Positions 24,946-40,062 of a DNA stretch of 64,000 nt are shown in pieces. The notes under the pieces are model-generated. The model saw only the letters and a program-made list of their open reading frames with translations, had not been told where the DNA came from and made no database searches. How positions within the stretch are numbered: position 1 is the stretch's first letter; every line of letters begins with the position of its first letter. A program made the position numbers and the translations under genes. The stretch is from Mobula birostris (lineage: Eukaryota): the NCBI RefSeq assembly GCF_030028105.1, contig NC_092391.1:44489223-44553222 (forward strand), read 5' to 3'.

Positions 24946-26127
24946 TACTTTACTATTGAGTAGTAATGTATCCAAAACTTTCTGGTATCTTAGCAGTGCT
25001 GGAAATTATCCACCCCCTTTTCTATTCTTTAGATATTACCAATTCTATTCAGGTAAACAAAAGATGTTATTGTAACATACACACACACACACATTGGAAT
25101 GCAGAAAGCTCTTGAACTGCATGTTCCACACCTTAATTCATGTCACTGACATCTACATCTGTATCCCACACCCTGCATGGTATTTACTAAAACTTGTTTC
25201 CATAACATACAAACAGACATTTTCATTTAAGCTTAGTTTGAAAAACAGATGAACAGCAGAAAATTTAAATAGGGACTTTAATTATTAACCACGATACTAA
25301 AAAGAGCAACTTAAGCAGACACACATTGATTTATAAGTAGTTTCTATGGTCTGTGATGGGTGTGACTGGGTACATGAATTATGTGTGTGTGTGTTAGTGA
25401 GACGAGTATGGTGACATTTGCAGGCACAGCACATTAAACAAGGGAACTGAATGCAGGGAGTAAAGGCAAAGGCTCACAGAAACATGCTGTCCTTCTCAAG
25501 TTTATCACACAATATGCTTTGCTTTTCAAGGTTCCACAATGAGAGGAATCTGTGGTTCTACAGGTTAGAGTGGCAGAGGAGTTTGGACATAGCAGGGCTG
25601 TGAAAACATCAGTGGAAATCATTTACTCCCTAGTTATAACACTGCATCAGCAACATTCACAGAAACCGTGACACGCTTGCACACGTACTTGAGGAGTGGG
25701 CATCATTAGCGCAGCAGGCAATTCTTGCCAGTGTCCAGTCCTGAAGAGGGGTCTCGGATCAAAACGTCAACTGGTTATTCATTTCCTAGGTGCTGCCTGA
25801 CCTGCTGAGTTCCTCCAGCATTTTGTGTGTGTTGCTCTGACGAGCCACCTTGACCAAACAACGATAGCAGTTTTCTTTTCTTAGCTCTTCCTTAAGGAGG
25901 AAGAATTACTTACATTTTAATTCAATCTTAAGGGTTTGGAGTTTCAAGATCTTAGGAATGATCCTCCAATAACCTGCTAGCCAGGAGAATACACATCACA
26001 GTAGTCTCTGTTTTATTATTTCGTACATTATTATTGCACAGTATTGCAAATCGGTAAATTATTATTGTGTATATTATTCTGTACTTATTATTAATTCATA
26101 TTATTATATTTATCATTATTATATTTA

Positions 26128-26562
26128 CAGAGAAAGGTTGAACAAGTTAGGTCTTTATTCTTTGGAGTGTAGAAGGTTGAGGGGGGGACTTGATAGAGGT
26201 ATTTAAAATTATGAGGGGGATAGACAGAGTTGACATGGATAGGCTTTTTCCATTGAGAGTGGGGGAGATTCAAACAAGAGGACATGAGTTGAGAGCTAAG
26301 GGGCAAAAGTTTAGAGGTAACATGAGGGGGAACTTCTTTTCTCAGAGAGTGGTAGCTGTGTGGAATGAACTTCCAGTAGAAGTGGTAGAGGCAGGTTTGA
26401 TTTTGTCATTTAAAAAGAAATTGGATAGGTATATGTACAGGAAAGGAATGGAGGGTTATGGGCTGAGTGCAGGTAGATGGGACAAGGTGAGAGTAAGCGT
26501 TCGGCACAGACTAGAAGAGCCGAGAAGGCCTGTTTCCGTGTTGTAATTGTTATATGGTTATA
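26128..26562 (+). mobile_element. Young CR1 3' end
   Basis: Open frame LIEVFKIMRGIDRVDMDRLFP...TRGHEL...FFSQRVVAVWNELP; tail gttatatggttata. Confidence 0.9.
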
Positions 26563-26949
26563 TTATTATTGCTAAGTGTGTTTTTAAAAGTTGCTGCTGT
26601 AACAAAATAATTTCCCATTCGGGATCAATAAAATGCTTATCATTAAATCCTCACCCACCCTGGACTTTCTCTCTTTTCCCCGTCCCACTGCGATGAAGCT
26701 ACGAAAGCCTGAAAGCAAGTTCAGCTTCTATCCTGCTGCTATAGAACTATTGAACAATTAATTTACTAATCTTCATCGTAACAGTTTTTGATATAAGTTT
26801 TCCAAAATGCTTCGTTAGAACTTGAATACATTCTCCAATCCATTAACAGAACTGCTTCTCTACTATAGTTTGAAAACTTGGCTGACAAGCAGTCACTGAA
26901 AACCTTGCTCTGCTTATTGTGGTAAAGGGTTAAAGTGCAGATGAACATA

Positions 26950-28587
<1,638 letters not shown>

Positions 28588-29640
28588 TATGTCAGTGTCC
28601 TACTCCTGACCTTTGCAAGGTGCACTTTCATCCTGCGTCAATGGCACTGCCCGAGAATCAGCAAATGCTGAGAACATGCAGCATTCCAATTCAGTTTCGT
28701 GGTATGCAATGATGTAGTTTAGTTAATGCATTGGGTGTAACTCTTCCTTTCCAGTTTTCTGCAAATAGATTACACCCGAAATGTTAATCCTGCTTTGCCT
28801 TTCAGCTTCTGGTTATATTATTCAACATTTCTGAAACTTTCTGAAGACTTAAAAGGGAAACCTTTAAATATTAATGATTCTTCAGTTACAGACTTCCAAC
28901 CTGAAAATGGTCAATGTGTCCTAAATATGTTTTCTCTCCAATTCTGTTACTCCAATGCCACAAGCTCTTACTTAGTGCAGTAACCTTTAATGTGGCACCT
29001 TATTAGAAAATCAAATGCACCATACTGTATATACAAAGTCTCATTTATCCATCTCATCCATTACATTCTTAAAGGACTCTAATACAATTATCAAACATTA
29101 CTTTTCTTTGGTAAAGTCATGCTGGATCTGCTTATGGACTTTCCAAATATCCTGCTGCAAAAATTATACTTTTCTGATGACAGATGGCTGGTCTATAGTT
29201 TCCTCGTTTCTCTCTAACACCTTTTCTGAATTATATTTATTTTCCAATCTGCTGGAATCTCTCTAATGTTCAATACATTTTGGAAAATTAGAATCAGGTT
29301 TAATGTCACATACATACATCATGAAATTTGTTGTTCTGCGGCAGCAGTACAGTGCAATATATAAGGGAGTGTAGACAGCAATACTTTACAGTACAAGCAA
29401 CCCGGGATCAATTCCTATCACTACCTGTAAGGAGCTTGTATATTCTCCCCATGACCATGTGGGTTTCCTCCAAGTGCTCCAGTTTCCTCCCACAGTCCAA
29501 AGATTATTGTAACTTGTCCCATGATTAGGCGAGGATTAAATTAGAAGATTGCTGGGCAGTGCGGTTCGAAGGATCAAAAGAGCCTGTTCCACACTGTACC
29601 CAATAAATAAATAATTAAAACTGTAAATTACTCTAAGTAA

Positions 29641-30988
29641 CTATAGAAACCATAGAAACTACAGCACAGAAACAGGCCTTTTGGCCCTTCTTGGCTGTGC
29701 CGAACCATTTTCTGCCTAGTCCCACTGACCTGCACACGGACCATATCCCTCCATACACCTCCCATCCATGTATCTGTCCAATTTATTCTTAAATGTTAAA
29801 AAATAACCCGCATTTACCACCTCATCTGGCAGCTCATTCCATACTCTCACCACTCTCTGTGTGAAGAAGCCCCTCCTAATGTTCCCTTTAAACTTCCCCC
29901 CCCACCCTTAACCCATGTCCTCTGGTTTTCTTCTCCCCTTGCACTCAGTGGAAAAAGCCTGCTTGCATTCACTCTATCTATACCCATCATAATTTTATAT
30001 ACTTCTATCAAATCTCCCCTCATTCTTCTATGCTCCAGGGAATAAAGTCCTAACCTATTCAACCTTTCTCTGTAACTGAGTTTCTCAAGTCCTGGCAACA
30101 TCCTTGTAAACCTTCTCTGCACTCTTTCAACCTTATTCATATCCTTCCTGTAATTTGGTGACCAAAACTGAACACAATACTCCAGATTCGGCCTCACCAA
30201 TGCCTTATACAACCTCATCATAACACTCCAGTTCTTATACTCAATACTTTGATTAATAAAGGCCAATGTACCAAAAGCTCTCTTTATGACCCTAACTACT
30301 TGTGACGCCACTTTTAGGGAATTTTGTATCTGTATGCCCAGATCCCTCTGTTCTACTGCACTCCTCAGTGCCTTACCATTAACTCTGTATGTTCTACCTT
30401 GGTTTGTCCTTCCAACGTGCAATACCTCACACTTGTCTGTATTAAACTCCATCTGCCATTTTTCCAGCTGGTCCAAATCCCTCTGCAGGCTCTGAAAACC
30501 TTCCTCACTGTCTACTACACCTCCAATCTTTGTATCATCAGCAAATTTGCTGATCCAATTTACCACATTATCATCCAGATCATTGATACAGATGACAAAT
30601 AACAACGGACCCAGCACTGATCCCTGTGGCACACCACTAGTCACAGGCCTCCACTCGGAGAAGCAATTCCCTACCACCACTCTTTAGCTTCTTCCATTGA
30701 GCCAATGTCTAATCCAATTTACTACCACTCCATGTATACCTAGCGACTAAATTTTCCTAACTAACCTCCCATGCTGGACCTTGTCAAAGGCTTTACTGAA
30801 ATCCATGTAGACAATATCCACTGCCTTCCCTTCATCCACTTTCCTGGTAACCTCCTCGAAAAACTCCAATAGATTGGTCAAACATGACCTACCACGCACA
30901 AAGCCATGTTGACTCTCCCTAATAAGTCCCTGTCTATCCAAATGCTTGTAGATTCTGTCTCTTAGTACTCCCTCCAATAACTTACCTA
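29641..30988 (-). mobile_element. Young 5'-truncated CR1 LINE nested in an older Rex1-like remnant
   Basis: 277-aa RT frame (SGVPQGSVLGPLLF, KFADDTK, LYKALVRPNLEYC); tail tatagaaaccatagaaac; possible 7-bp TSD ctaagta (29633-29639, 30989-30995). Confidence 0.92.
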
Positions 30989-32684
30989 CTAAGTAGTATG
31001 CATATAGTTTTTAAAAGTTATATTCAGTAAGTAGTGCAAAAAGAGAGGGGAAGAAAGTAGTGAGGTAGTGTTCATGGGTTCAATAGCCATTCAGAAACCT
31101 AAAGGCAGAGGGGAAGAAGGTGTTTCTGAATCGTTGAGTGTGTGCCTTCAGACTCTTGCACCTCCTCCCTGATGGTAGCAATGGGAACGGGGCAAGTCCT
31201 GGGTGATGGGGGTCCTTAATTTGTCTTTTGAAGCATCTCTCCTTGAAGCTGGACGCTGGGGAGGCTCGTGCCCAGGATGGATCTGACTGAGTTTACAAAT
31301 CTCTTCAGCTTATTTTGAACCTGTGCAATGCCACCCTTCTCCCCCCATATTAGATGATGATGCACTTTCTAATCATGTCTAATCTCCCTGTTACATCTGC
31401 ACCCTAGGATGTCGGCCTTCAAGTCTAGGTCAGTCTTTGGTTACAGTGGTCTATCTCGTAACACAGTAAAAAAAATTACAATGTGCTGCCACCTACAGTT
31501 GCTTCTTTGTATGTGCAGGTGCAATAAAAAAAACTTACTTATGATATGCATCTTAAGCAAAATTGCATCAGATAAGTAGCATTCAAGAGAAAATAACGAA
31601 AATACAAACTATGCACAAATTTTACAAGAAATAACATAATAAGAACATAAATATCCACTGTAGTGCAAAATGACCAAAGTGGTCATAGTGTTGTTATACT
31701 GAGGTGGTGATTAGTGTTGTGCAGGTTGGTTCAAGAACTGTGGTTGGCTTCTGTAACTCCTGCCTGATGGTAGCTGCAAGGAGATGGCATGGCCTGGATT
31801 GTGGAGATCTTTGGTAATGGATGTTTCCTTCTCAAGGCAGCGCCTCATGTAGATGCCACCAATGATGGAGTGGGATGTGACCATGATATACTAGGCTGAA
31901 TCCACTATTCGCTCCAGCTTCTTGTGTTCCTGTGGATTCAAATTATATATCACCATGCCTTCAGTCCTCAGTCCTAGAAGTCTTGATTCACCTGCACTGT
32001 TGGATACTTTGACAAGAAGTCCAGCAGTTCTGAAGGTGGCTCAACATATCCTTATCAAAGGGAATTAGGTTCATGTGATAAAAGCTGACCTGGCAAATTG
32101 AACCCATATCTTTATAAATGAAATATATTTAATAAAAAATATTTCATTCAAATCAAAACCATCCCATTCATATGACTGGTACACCATCCTACATCCTACA
32201 ATTCATTTCCTCCACCAGCACCTCAGTTGCTCTGAAAGACCCAAGAAGAAGGGCAGCGTGTATGCATGAAAACATTGCCACTTACAGATTCCTCTCCAAA
32301 TTACACACCAGTTGGACCTGGAAATAGTCTCAATCACAGTAACTTCATCTCTGGAACTACTGCCCAACACTACTACAATGGGACCACCTTTCCTAGAAGG
32401 ACTGCAGTGGTTGGTGATGGTGTCTGATTGCCACCTCTCAAAAGCAATTTGAGATGAGCAATAAGTGCTCTGTAAAAAAAAAGCAAAAGGTACTCAACTG
32501 CTGTTGCCCTTATTTTAAAAGATTTAATATTTTAAAAATACTTCTAATTTCCTCAATCCTTTTGTCACTTGGTTACCTGTTATTTTCAGAATATATTTAG
32601 TACAATGAGAGAATACACCACAAAATAATTGTTTAATTTCTTGAGCACTTCCTTATTTTTTTCATTTATTTCTGTTTCTACTCT

Positions 32685-33085
32685 TAACTTACTTACTCAC
32701 TGCCCATTATACCACTGGTGTTTAAGGCAGGAATGAAGGTTCCCCATCTCTGGAGGTGTTCAGGGCTTCCTTCATCATGTCAGTAGCTTCCTCTCAGTTT
32801 TCATTACTGCCAGTCATGCAAGTCCTGGGTGGAGACTCAGGGATACCATTGCACTCATATGTAGAAGGATTGTTCATTGCTGTTTCTGTAACAAATTTGC
32901 TTTACCAGTCAGGTTTGTTAGCCCCAAGCCGAACCCCTGAACCTGGAGGACCCAGTGGACAACTCTTATTATGCCCTCTACTCTTTGACCTGTTTGGTAT
33001 GGGTGACCCTACCAAGACCCAAAGCATAAAGCCCTGACTCCAGCCAACAGAGCTCTCCGGGTCAGTGAGGCACGCAAATGCAACA
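32685..33085 (-). mobile_element. RTE-related non-autonomous repeat
   Basis: (TAAG)n-type tail (cttacttactcact) and RTE 5'-like segment ttgttagccccaagccgaacccctgaacctggagga. Confidence 0.5.
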
Positions 33086-33824
33086 ACAATTATCACAGTT
33101 TTGTTAACATCACTAAAGTCTTCAAAGGGCCTCATCCTAAAAATGTGCTGAGCTTTTAGCTGGACCTTGAGAGATATTTTCACAGGTAGTGTGAAAATGA
33201 ATGAAAATTTAAGTTCTTGACCTGCCACTACCATTATTCTTTCATCGATTTCTTGTAGCTTCTCTGTCCCATTGTTATTGACATTTCCCTGTAGTGTTCA
33301 TGTTGACAGGTCCTATAAACCTCAAGAACTTTCCCTTTCACCTTTCTCCTTAAGAAAGTAATCCCAGCCCTGCAATTTGTCTCCTCACAAGTAAAATTCT
33401 TCATACCTGTCGACATGCTACATACTTTAAATCTCCACAGCCCTCTAATGCTCTCTCAATACCCTGTAGTAACTAAAATGGTGCAATACTATCGCTAGTG
33501 TTTTACAGTTTCATCATCACCTTTCTGCTCTGGATTTCTAGGCTTTGATCCATAAAAATGTTACCTGCATGTCACATTCATCACCCTAATAAGTGGTTCT
33601 GCTTCTTTTAGGAATCTATGGACATAAACAGCAAGATCACTGTTTCTCCTCATTTAGTATCCTACCAATTAATATAGCTTCTTGCATTGTTTGCATTCCT
33701 TAGATGCATCGACTAATAGTTTTACATTAGGATTGTGTTTTTTCTTTGTGTGCTCTTAAGCCTACATTTTAACCACAACTGGCAAACCTCTTAATACTTG
33801 CCCCTACATTTAAATCTATATTAG

Positions 33825-34165
33825 TAGTTTGTCCGTTGTGTCGTATGTCATGGGCAATCATAGTCTTTCCATGACCGTGACTGTTCTTGGCAAATTTTTC
33901 TACAGAGTGGTTCGCCATTGCCTTCTTCTAGGCTATGTCTTTACAAGACAGGTGACCCCAGCTATTATCAATACTCTTCAGAGGTTGTCTGCCTGGTGTC
34001 AGGGGTCGCATAACCAGGACTAGAGATATGCACCAGCTGCTTATACAACTGACCACCTGCCCCCATGGCTTCACATAATCTTGATCGAGGGTCTAAGCAG
34101 GTGTTATACCTTGCCAAAGAGAGACCTGTAGGCTAGTGGAGGGAAGGAGAGCCTTGTGGTAGTAC
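33825..34165. mobile_element. RTE/BovB-tail-like SINE fragment
   Basis: ttcttggcaaatttttctacagagtggttcgccattgccttct resembles the RTE-type terminal motif. Confidence 0.4.
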
Positions 34166-34189
34166 ATACCACAAAAATCGAGAGATATA

Positions 34190-35766
34190 CAGTTGCAAGA
34201 AAAAAGTTCATGAACCCTTTGCAATTGCATGATTTTCTGCATTAAATACTCATAAAATGTAGTCTGATCTTCATCTAAGTCTCAATAATAGACTAACACA
34301 ATCTGCCTGAAATAAATAACACACAAACATTTGTACTTCTTCTCATCAATACTGAGTACACCATTTAAATAACCACAGTCTAGGTTCAAAAAAGTATGTG
34401 AACCTCTGGGGTAATGCCTTCTACAAAAGCTATTTGGAGTCAGGTGTTCCAATTAAAGAGATGAGATTGGAGGTGTGGGTTGTAGAGGTGCCCTGCCCTA
34501 TAAGAGCGACACACAAAATCAGGTTACTGACAGAGCCTGCTTTTCTCAAGAAAGACCTGTTTATGTGCACCATGCCTCGATTAAAACAACTTTCAGAGGA
34601 CCATGAAAGAATTGTAGAGATGCATGAAGCTGGAAAACGCAACAAAAGCATTTCTAAAGACCTGAATGTTCTTTAGTGCACAGTAAGAGAAATTGTCTAC
34701 AAATGGGGGAAACTCAGTACCATTGCTACTCTCCCTAGGAGTGAGCATCCTGCAAAGATCACACTAAGAGCACAACATGCAATGCTGAAGGAGGTGAAAA
34801 AGAACCCAAGGTTAACAGCAAAAGACCTGCAGAAATCCCTGCAACTTACAAAGATCTCTGTTCATGTGTCCACTATAAGAAAAACACTGAACAAGAGTGG
34901 TGTTCTTGGAAGGATGCCACAGAGGAAACCACTGCTCTCCAAAAAAAAAATTGCTGCACATCTCAAGTTTGCAAAAGACCATTTGGATACTCTACAATGC
35001 TTCTGGGACAACATTCTGTGGACTGACGAGACGAAAGCTGAACTCTTTTTTTGGCCAGAAATGCACATTGCTATGTTTTGGGGGAAAAGAGCACTGCACA
35101 CCAACACCAAAACCTCATCCCAACTGTGAAGCATGGTGGAAGGAGCATCATGGTTTGTGGCTGCTTTGCTGCCTCAGGGCCTGGACAGCTTGCAATCATA
35201 GAGGGAACAATGAATTTAAAGTTGTATCAACATTTTACAGGAGAATGCCAAGGTAGAAGCTAAATGGAAGTTGGATGATGGAATAAGACAATGATCCAAA
35301 ACGCAAGAGTAAATCAACAATAGAATGGTTTAAACAGAAGAAAGTTTGTGTTTTGGAATGGCCGAGTCAAAGTCCAGACCTAAACAGAATTGAGATGCTG
35401 TGGCATGTGGCTGCTTGCGTAAGGTATCACAGAAATATTGATGAACTGAAACAGTTTTGTATGGAGGAATAGTCTTAAATTCTTCCTCACCACTGTACAA
35501 GTCTGATCAGTAGCTACGGGAAATGTTTAGTGAAAGTTATTGCTGCTAAAAGAAGTTCTACCAGTTATTAAATACAAGGGTTCACATTCTTTTCCCAGCC
35601 TGGGCTGTGAATGATTAAATAATAAAGACATGAAAAGTACAATTGATTTTGTGTTATTAGTTTAGGCAGATTGAATTTGTCTATTATTGTGACTTAGATG
35701 AAGATCAGACCACATTTTATGCAGAAAACTAATTGCAAAGGGTTGACAAATTTTTTCTTGCAACTG
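34190..35766 (+). mobile_element. Near full-length defective Tc1 transposon, IR/DR type (Frog Prince-like)
   Basis: TA flanks; cagttgcaagaaaaaa ... ttttttcttgcaactg with ~200-bp inverted repeats; broken transposase from ATG 34572 (MPRLKQLSED, WDNILWTDETKAELF, PTVKHGGRSIMVCGCFAASGPG, DNDPK, EWPSQSPDL). Confidence 0.92.
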
Positions 35767-36464
35767 TAAATCACAATGAATATCTTCAATCACTACAAAG
35801 TCATAGCCATTACCCTTCGTGTTTTCTCAATTTTTTTTCCTTAGTTCCTGTGTGCTTTAATTTCTTGATCAGTGTGTCACATAGAACTTTGTCACACTTC
35901 GGTAGATCCATGCATTCTACATCATAGTGGCTAACCTGATGGATCTACTAATGAAAAATTCAATCCGAATAGACGTACCACTGAGCAAACATACACTAGT
36001 CCCTATTGATTAACTGATGCCTCTTCAAATGTATCTGAATCACTACATTTGTTTAGTCCTCTTCGATTATTTTCACATAGTTGTCATTAGTCTGTGTGTA
36101 CAGTGGTTATATAGTCTATCACTTTCATTCTTTTAAGATTTTGCATCAGTTGTCCTCTGGTTGTTGAATACACAGGCTTTTATAGCAGCATAAACAAGAT
36201 CTGAGTGTTGGTGAGCTTACATCTTGAGTACTATTTGCCATTTTTGGCCTCAGTACTTAAGGAATTCATTTTAAGTGAGAAAGCAACAATGATTCACCCT
36301 AGGATAAGAAAACTGTCCCATGATCGGAAAGTGCTTTATACCCACTGCAGTTTGGAATGGCAGATGTTACCTTACCAAGATTTTCTTCCATGGATTAAGA
36401 GGATAAAACAAGAAAGGGGCTTTCATGGCTGGAGAGCTCAGAATCAGCACAACCGCCCCCATGC

Positions 36465-36960
36465 TAACAATTTTCTACAGGAGCAGTATCCTGTCTGGTG
36501 GGATCATTTTGTGCTCTGGACACTGCGAGCCCTACAGAGGATTGTAAAAACCAGCAAGAGGATCACCTGGGTCTCCCTCCCTCTATTTGTGACATTTACT
36601 GGGAACGTTGTAGATGAAGGGCATGAAGGACTGTTGAGGATCCCTACCACCCATCCCACAATCTCTTTGACCCACTACCATCAGGAATAATGGACAGGAC
36701 CTTCACAACTAGAACTGCCAGACTGGGTAACAGCTTCTTCCCTCAGGCTGTGAGACTAATGAATACCCTGCCACTACAGAGGTCTCATCACTCGGGAGAG
36801 CGAGCTGTTTACTGCTTACCTGTGCTGTGCACTAAGTGCATTTATGAACTTATTGAAGGGAATATTTTGTTTTATGCGCTGAATCTTTCGTGGGTGTGTG
36901 GAGGAACGCTATTTTGTTTGGTTGTATATATGTATAGTCCGATGACAATGAATTTGAAGT
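36465..36960 (+). mobile_element. Rex1/Babar LINE 3' fragment
   Basis: RALQRIVKTSKRI and TRTARLGNSFFPQAVRLMN motifs. Confidence 0.8.
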
Positions 36961-39651
36961 AGATCATCCTTTTGGACAAGTTAGAAAAGAAAATCCACTT
37001 CATATGGCTGTGGATGTTTAGTCATCGTTTAATAGTTAAATAGGTGAATATTCCCTCCATTAAGCTTAATGAATGTATCCAAGACTGAGAATACATTGAT
37101 TTTTGAGCACTATGCTAATGAACAATGAAGGGACAATGGAATTGAAGTTAAATGATTCGGCACAATTGTATTGACTGGCAAGAGAGGCATGATGGATTGT
37201 ATCTCTTTTACTATATTGTTACATTTGTTAATTTTTAATTTTGTTGATGTATATCTAGAAAATAATGAGGAACAAATCTTTATTACTTAAAGTTAGAAGG
37301 TAAACTAGAATACAATGGCATGTGATAACCATGATTAAATGTCTATAAGATCATCTATTTCCAATTCAACCTTATCATCTCTATAAAATTCCTGTCACAA
37401 CACACATTAACTTTCTCTGACTGCAGTATTTAACTGGAACAGGTATGAAAGGAACTGTGTAACTTCCAAGCAGTCAATCGCACCACTGCCAGTGAGCTGA
37501 ATGAATGGCGTCACGAAGAGAAAAGTTACCTTCAGCAAGGTAACTGTGACTGGACTGGGAGAATGTATCAGGTGGCATTGTGATTTTTTTAATGCTGGTC
37601 CTGTGTCCACAGTGATTATAGAGGATGTTGCATTCTCTTCTCGCTGCAGTCTAATCCTATCAGGTTGACTGCAGTACACGGCAAGCATTTATTTTGCCAG
37701 TCCAGCACAAACCCATTATCACAGAAAATTAGGGACTTTGAAATTATAATTACAGAATATTTGATCAGACCTCTCAGTAAGAGCTGAAGCAATGCACCAT
37801 GAATTACTATCGACTGGTTACTGCTGTTCCTTAGGAAACAGGTCAGACAATTAACAACAAAATGAATGACTCTTTGAGCCGTTGTTGATCGAGGAAGGTA
37901 CTTTGCATACGGAAAAGCAAGCCTACTGCTCTTTACACCTCACCTGGAAATACGTACAAGACTTGGGTTTAAACACTGCACCTGTAACATCACCTTCAAC
38001 CTTGCAACACTCCTCTGATATATAAAGGGTGGATCAGGATCAGGTGCAATGCATCTTGAACTTAGTCTTCACACCCAAACGTGAAAGACATAGTGCTACC
38101 AAATACTAGGCTGTTCATAACTGTCAAATATTCTCTTCACCTGGACTTATAATAGTTTTGCAGCCTTCAAATAGTTTTGAAGGGTACTCTCCACTCTGTA
38201 AATACTAACCTCCATCCAATGAGTGGAAGGTACACAAGATCAGGTGAAAGGAGCCCTCTGTACATGTAAATATAAATGTAAATAACTTACCAGTCTCCTT
38301 CCTATAGGTTAGGTTAGTTTCATTCAGGAAATTGCTATAACACAATGTTAACTGGGCCTTGTCTCAACATTCGGCAAAGCAATACTATTGCTGCTAACTG
38401 AACTACCTCTTACCAGCTTTCAAACAGGGATCTTATTCAATCTCCAGATAGCATGGAAAATAATAATCCATTCCTGAAATTCCTTAAAAGGTGTTAGAAA
38501 GATAAAAACAAAAATCAAAACGATAGAAGTGGCAGCTTTCTGAGAGAATCCCAACTCAGGGTGTAAACTAGAATTAACACAGCTTCCCCTCAGGGTGGTC
38601 ACCTTCCACGGTAAATGAATGCACAACACACAAAGAAGCTTGAACACACAACATTAAAACATTCAGCTCATCTGAGTACAGGAAGCTGATCATGTATGCA
38701 GCAACAAACTGATTGCCTGTATTTAACCTGAAAACAATTGGAATGGTCTTTTGACACTAGCAGCATGAGTTGTTAATACAATTAACCTCAAATGCCTCCA
38801 GTGTTGATATACAACTGTGAGTTCTGTAAAGAGGTAAATAAATTACGAGCCAATCACTCAGGACATCAGTCACAGCGACTTGAAATCAAAAGTAGTTTAC
38901 AAATGAAAATTATGAAACTCAATCTACAAAAGGCTGTTTGCATACAAAATCTTTATTACACTCTCCTGGAGTCCAGCCAGGTGACTTGGTAATACAAGAT
39001 AGCATAGGGAGCTGTCAGGTGTTGTTAGGTCATTTAGGAGAGGGAGAAACAAAGAAAGGAGGAATTGGATTAATTTTAAAATTTAATTTAACAATATCTT
39101 TGATTACTTCTATCACTTCTGGTCCAATGAATATATCAGCTAAATCTCTGTAAGAAGTACAGGACATAGAACTCCACTGTATCTTCAACCTTTGGAAAAC
39201 TTGAATGAGTTCCCAAACATAAACCTAGTGAAGGTAAACCTGTGGAGTCATCTATTGATTAAAGTTTCACCAAAATGTTAACACATTCAGAGGAGGGTAT
39301 CTTGGTCCTAAGCAATCACCGCACCCTTTCTCACTGTTGCCTCTGATTAAAGAGCAATGGGGCAAGACCCCACAACCACTTGAGGGTTGTCCTGGCCTCT
39401 GGAGCTGAAGGTTAGTCGTGAACACACTCTTTGTGCTTCTCCTCACAGGGGCCAGCCACCAGGCTCACTGTCTGGTTGTACTGTGCTCAACAGCCGCTGC
39501 GTAATAAAGCAACCACCATGACATCACTGAGACAAGAACCATCATTTAACTCAAGTTTCCCCTCCTCACAGCCATCATCCAACACGCCTGGGACTTGTAC
39601 ATCTGGGAGTCCATTGGTTTGAAAGTGAAAGGCAGAATATGGTTTCAGGGC

Positions 39652-40062
39652 TCAGTTGACCCGGCAGGCTCGTATCATCAACAACTGGAGGAGAATGAAG
39701 ACAGGTGACATGATGAGGCCATACCATAGGTGAGTGCTTTGTTCTACCAGCTTTTGGCACAGCAGCATCTCAAAGACAAACTTGAGGCTAAGGACAGTCA
39801 GGATCCAGAAAAGGCGCATGATGGCCAGGCGTTTCTCCCCGTCCTGGAACAAGCGGACAGAGACGATCATGGTGAAGTAGGTACTGAGCCCATCGGCAGT
39901 GAAAAGTGGGATGAAGACATACCACCAGTCCAGCTGTCCCACAAAGTTGTCCACCTTCACAGCCAGCAGCACCGAGAACACCAGGAAAGCTGTCAGATGC
40001 AGCAGCATTTCAAATGTGGCAAAGCCCAACCACTGTACCAACTCACGCAGCGAGAACAGCAT
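39652..40062 (-). CDS. TMEM203: Transmembrane protein 203 (136 aa, complete CDS in one exon)
   Basis: MLFSLRELVQWLGFATFE...FTADGLSTYFT.IVSVRLFQDGEKRLA...LLQLLMIRACRVN*; synteny with TPRN and NDOR1; splice acceptor (tttctgttctttttcag) ending at 40176, so the exon starts at 40175. Confidence 0.97.
   Translation of the reverse strand: MLFSLRELVQWLGFATFEMLLHLTAFLVFSVLLAVKVDNFVGQLDWWYVFIPLFTADGLSTYFTMIVSVRLFQDGEKRLAIMRLFWILTVLSLKFVFEMLLCQKLVEQSTHLWYGLIMSPVFILLQLLMIRACRVN

Noticed and set aside
8110-25780. Further hammerhead-like copies at ~8110, ~17609, ~18608 and ~25737 as active ribozymes
   Set aside because: Each has substitutions in the CUGANGA or GAAA catalytic boxes.
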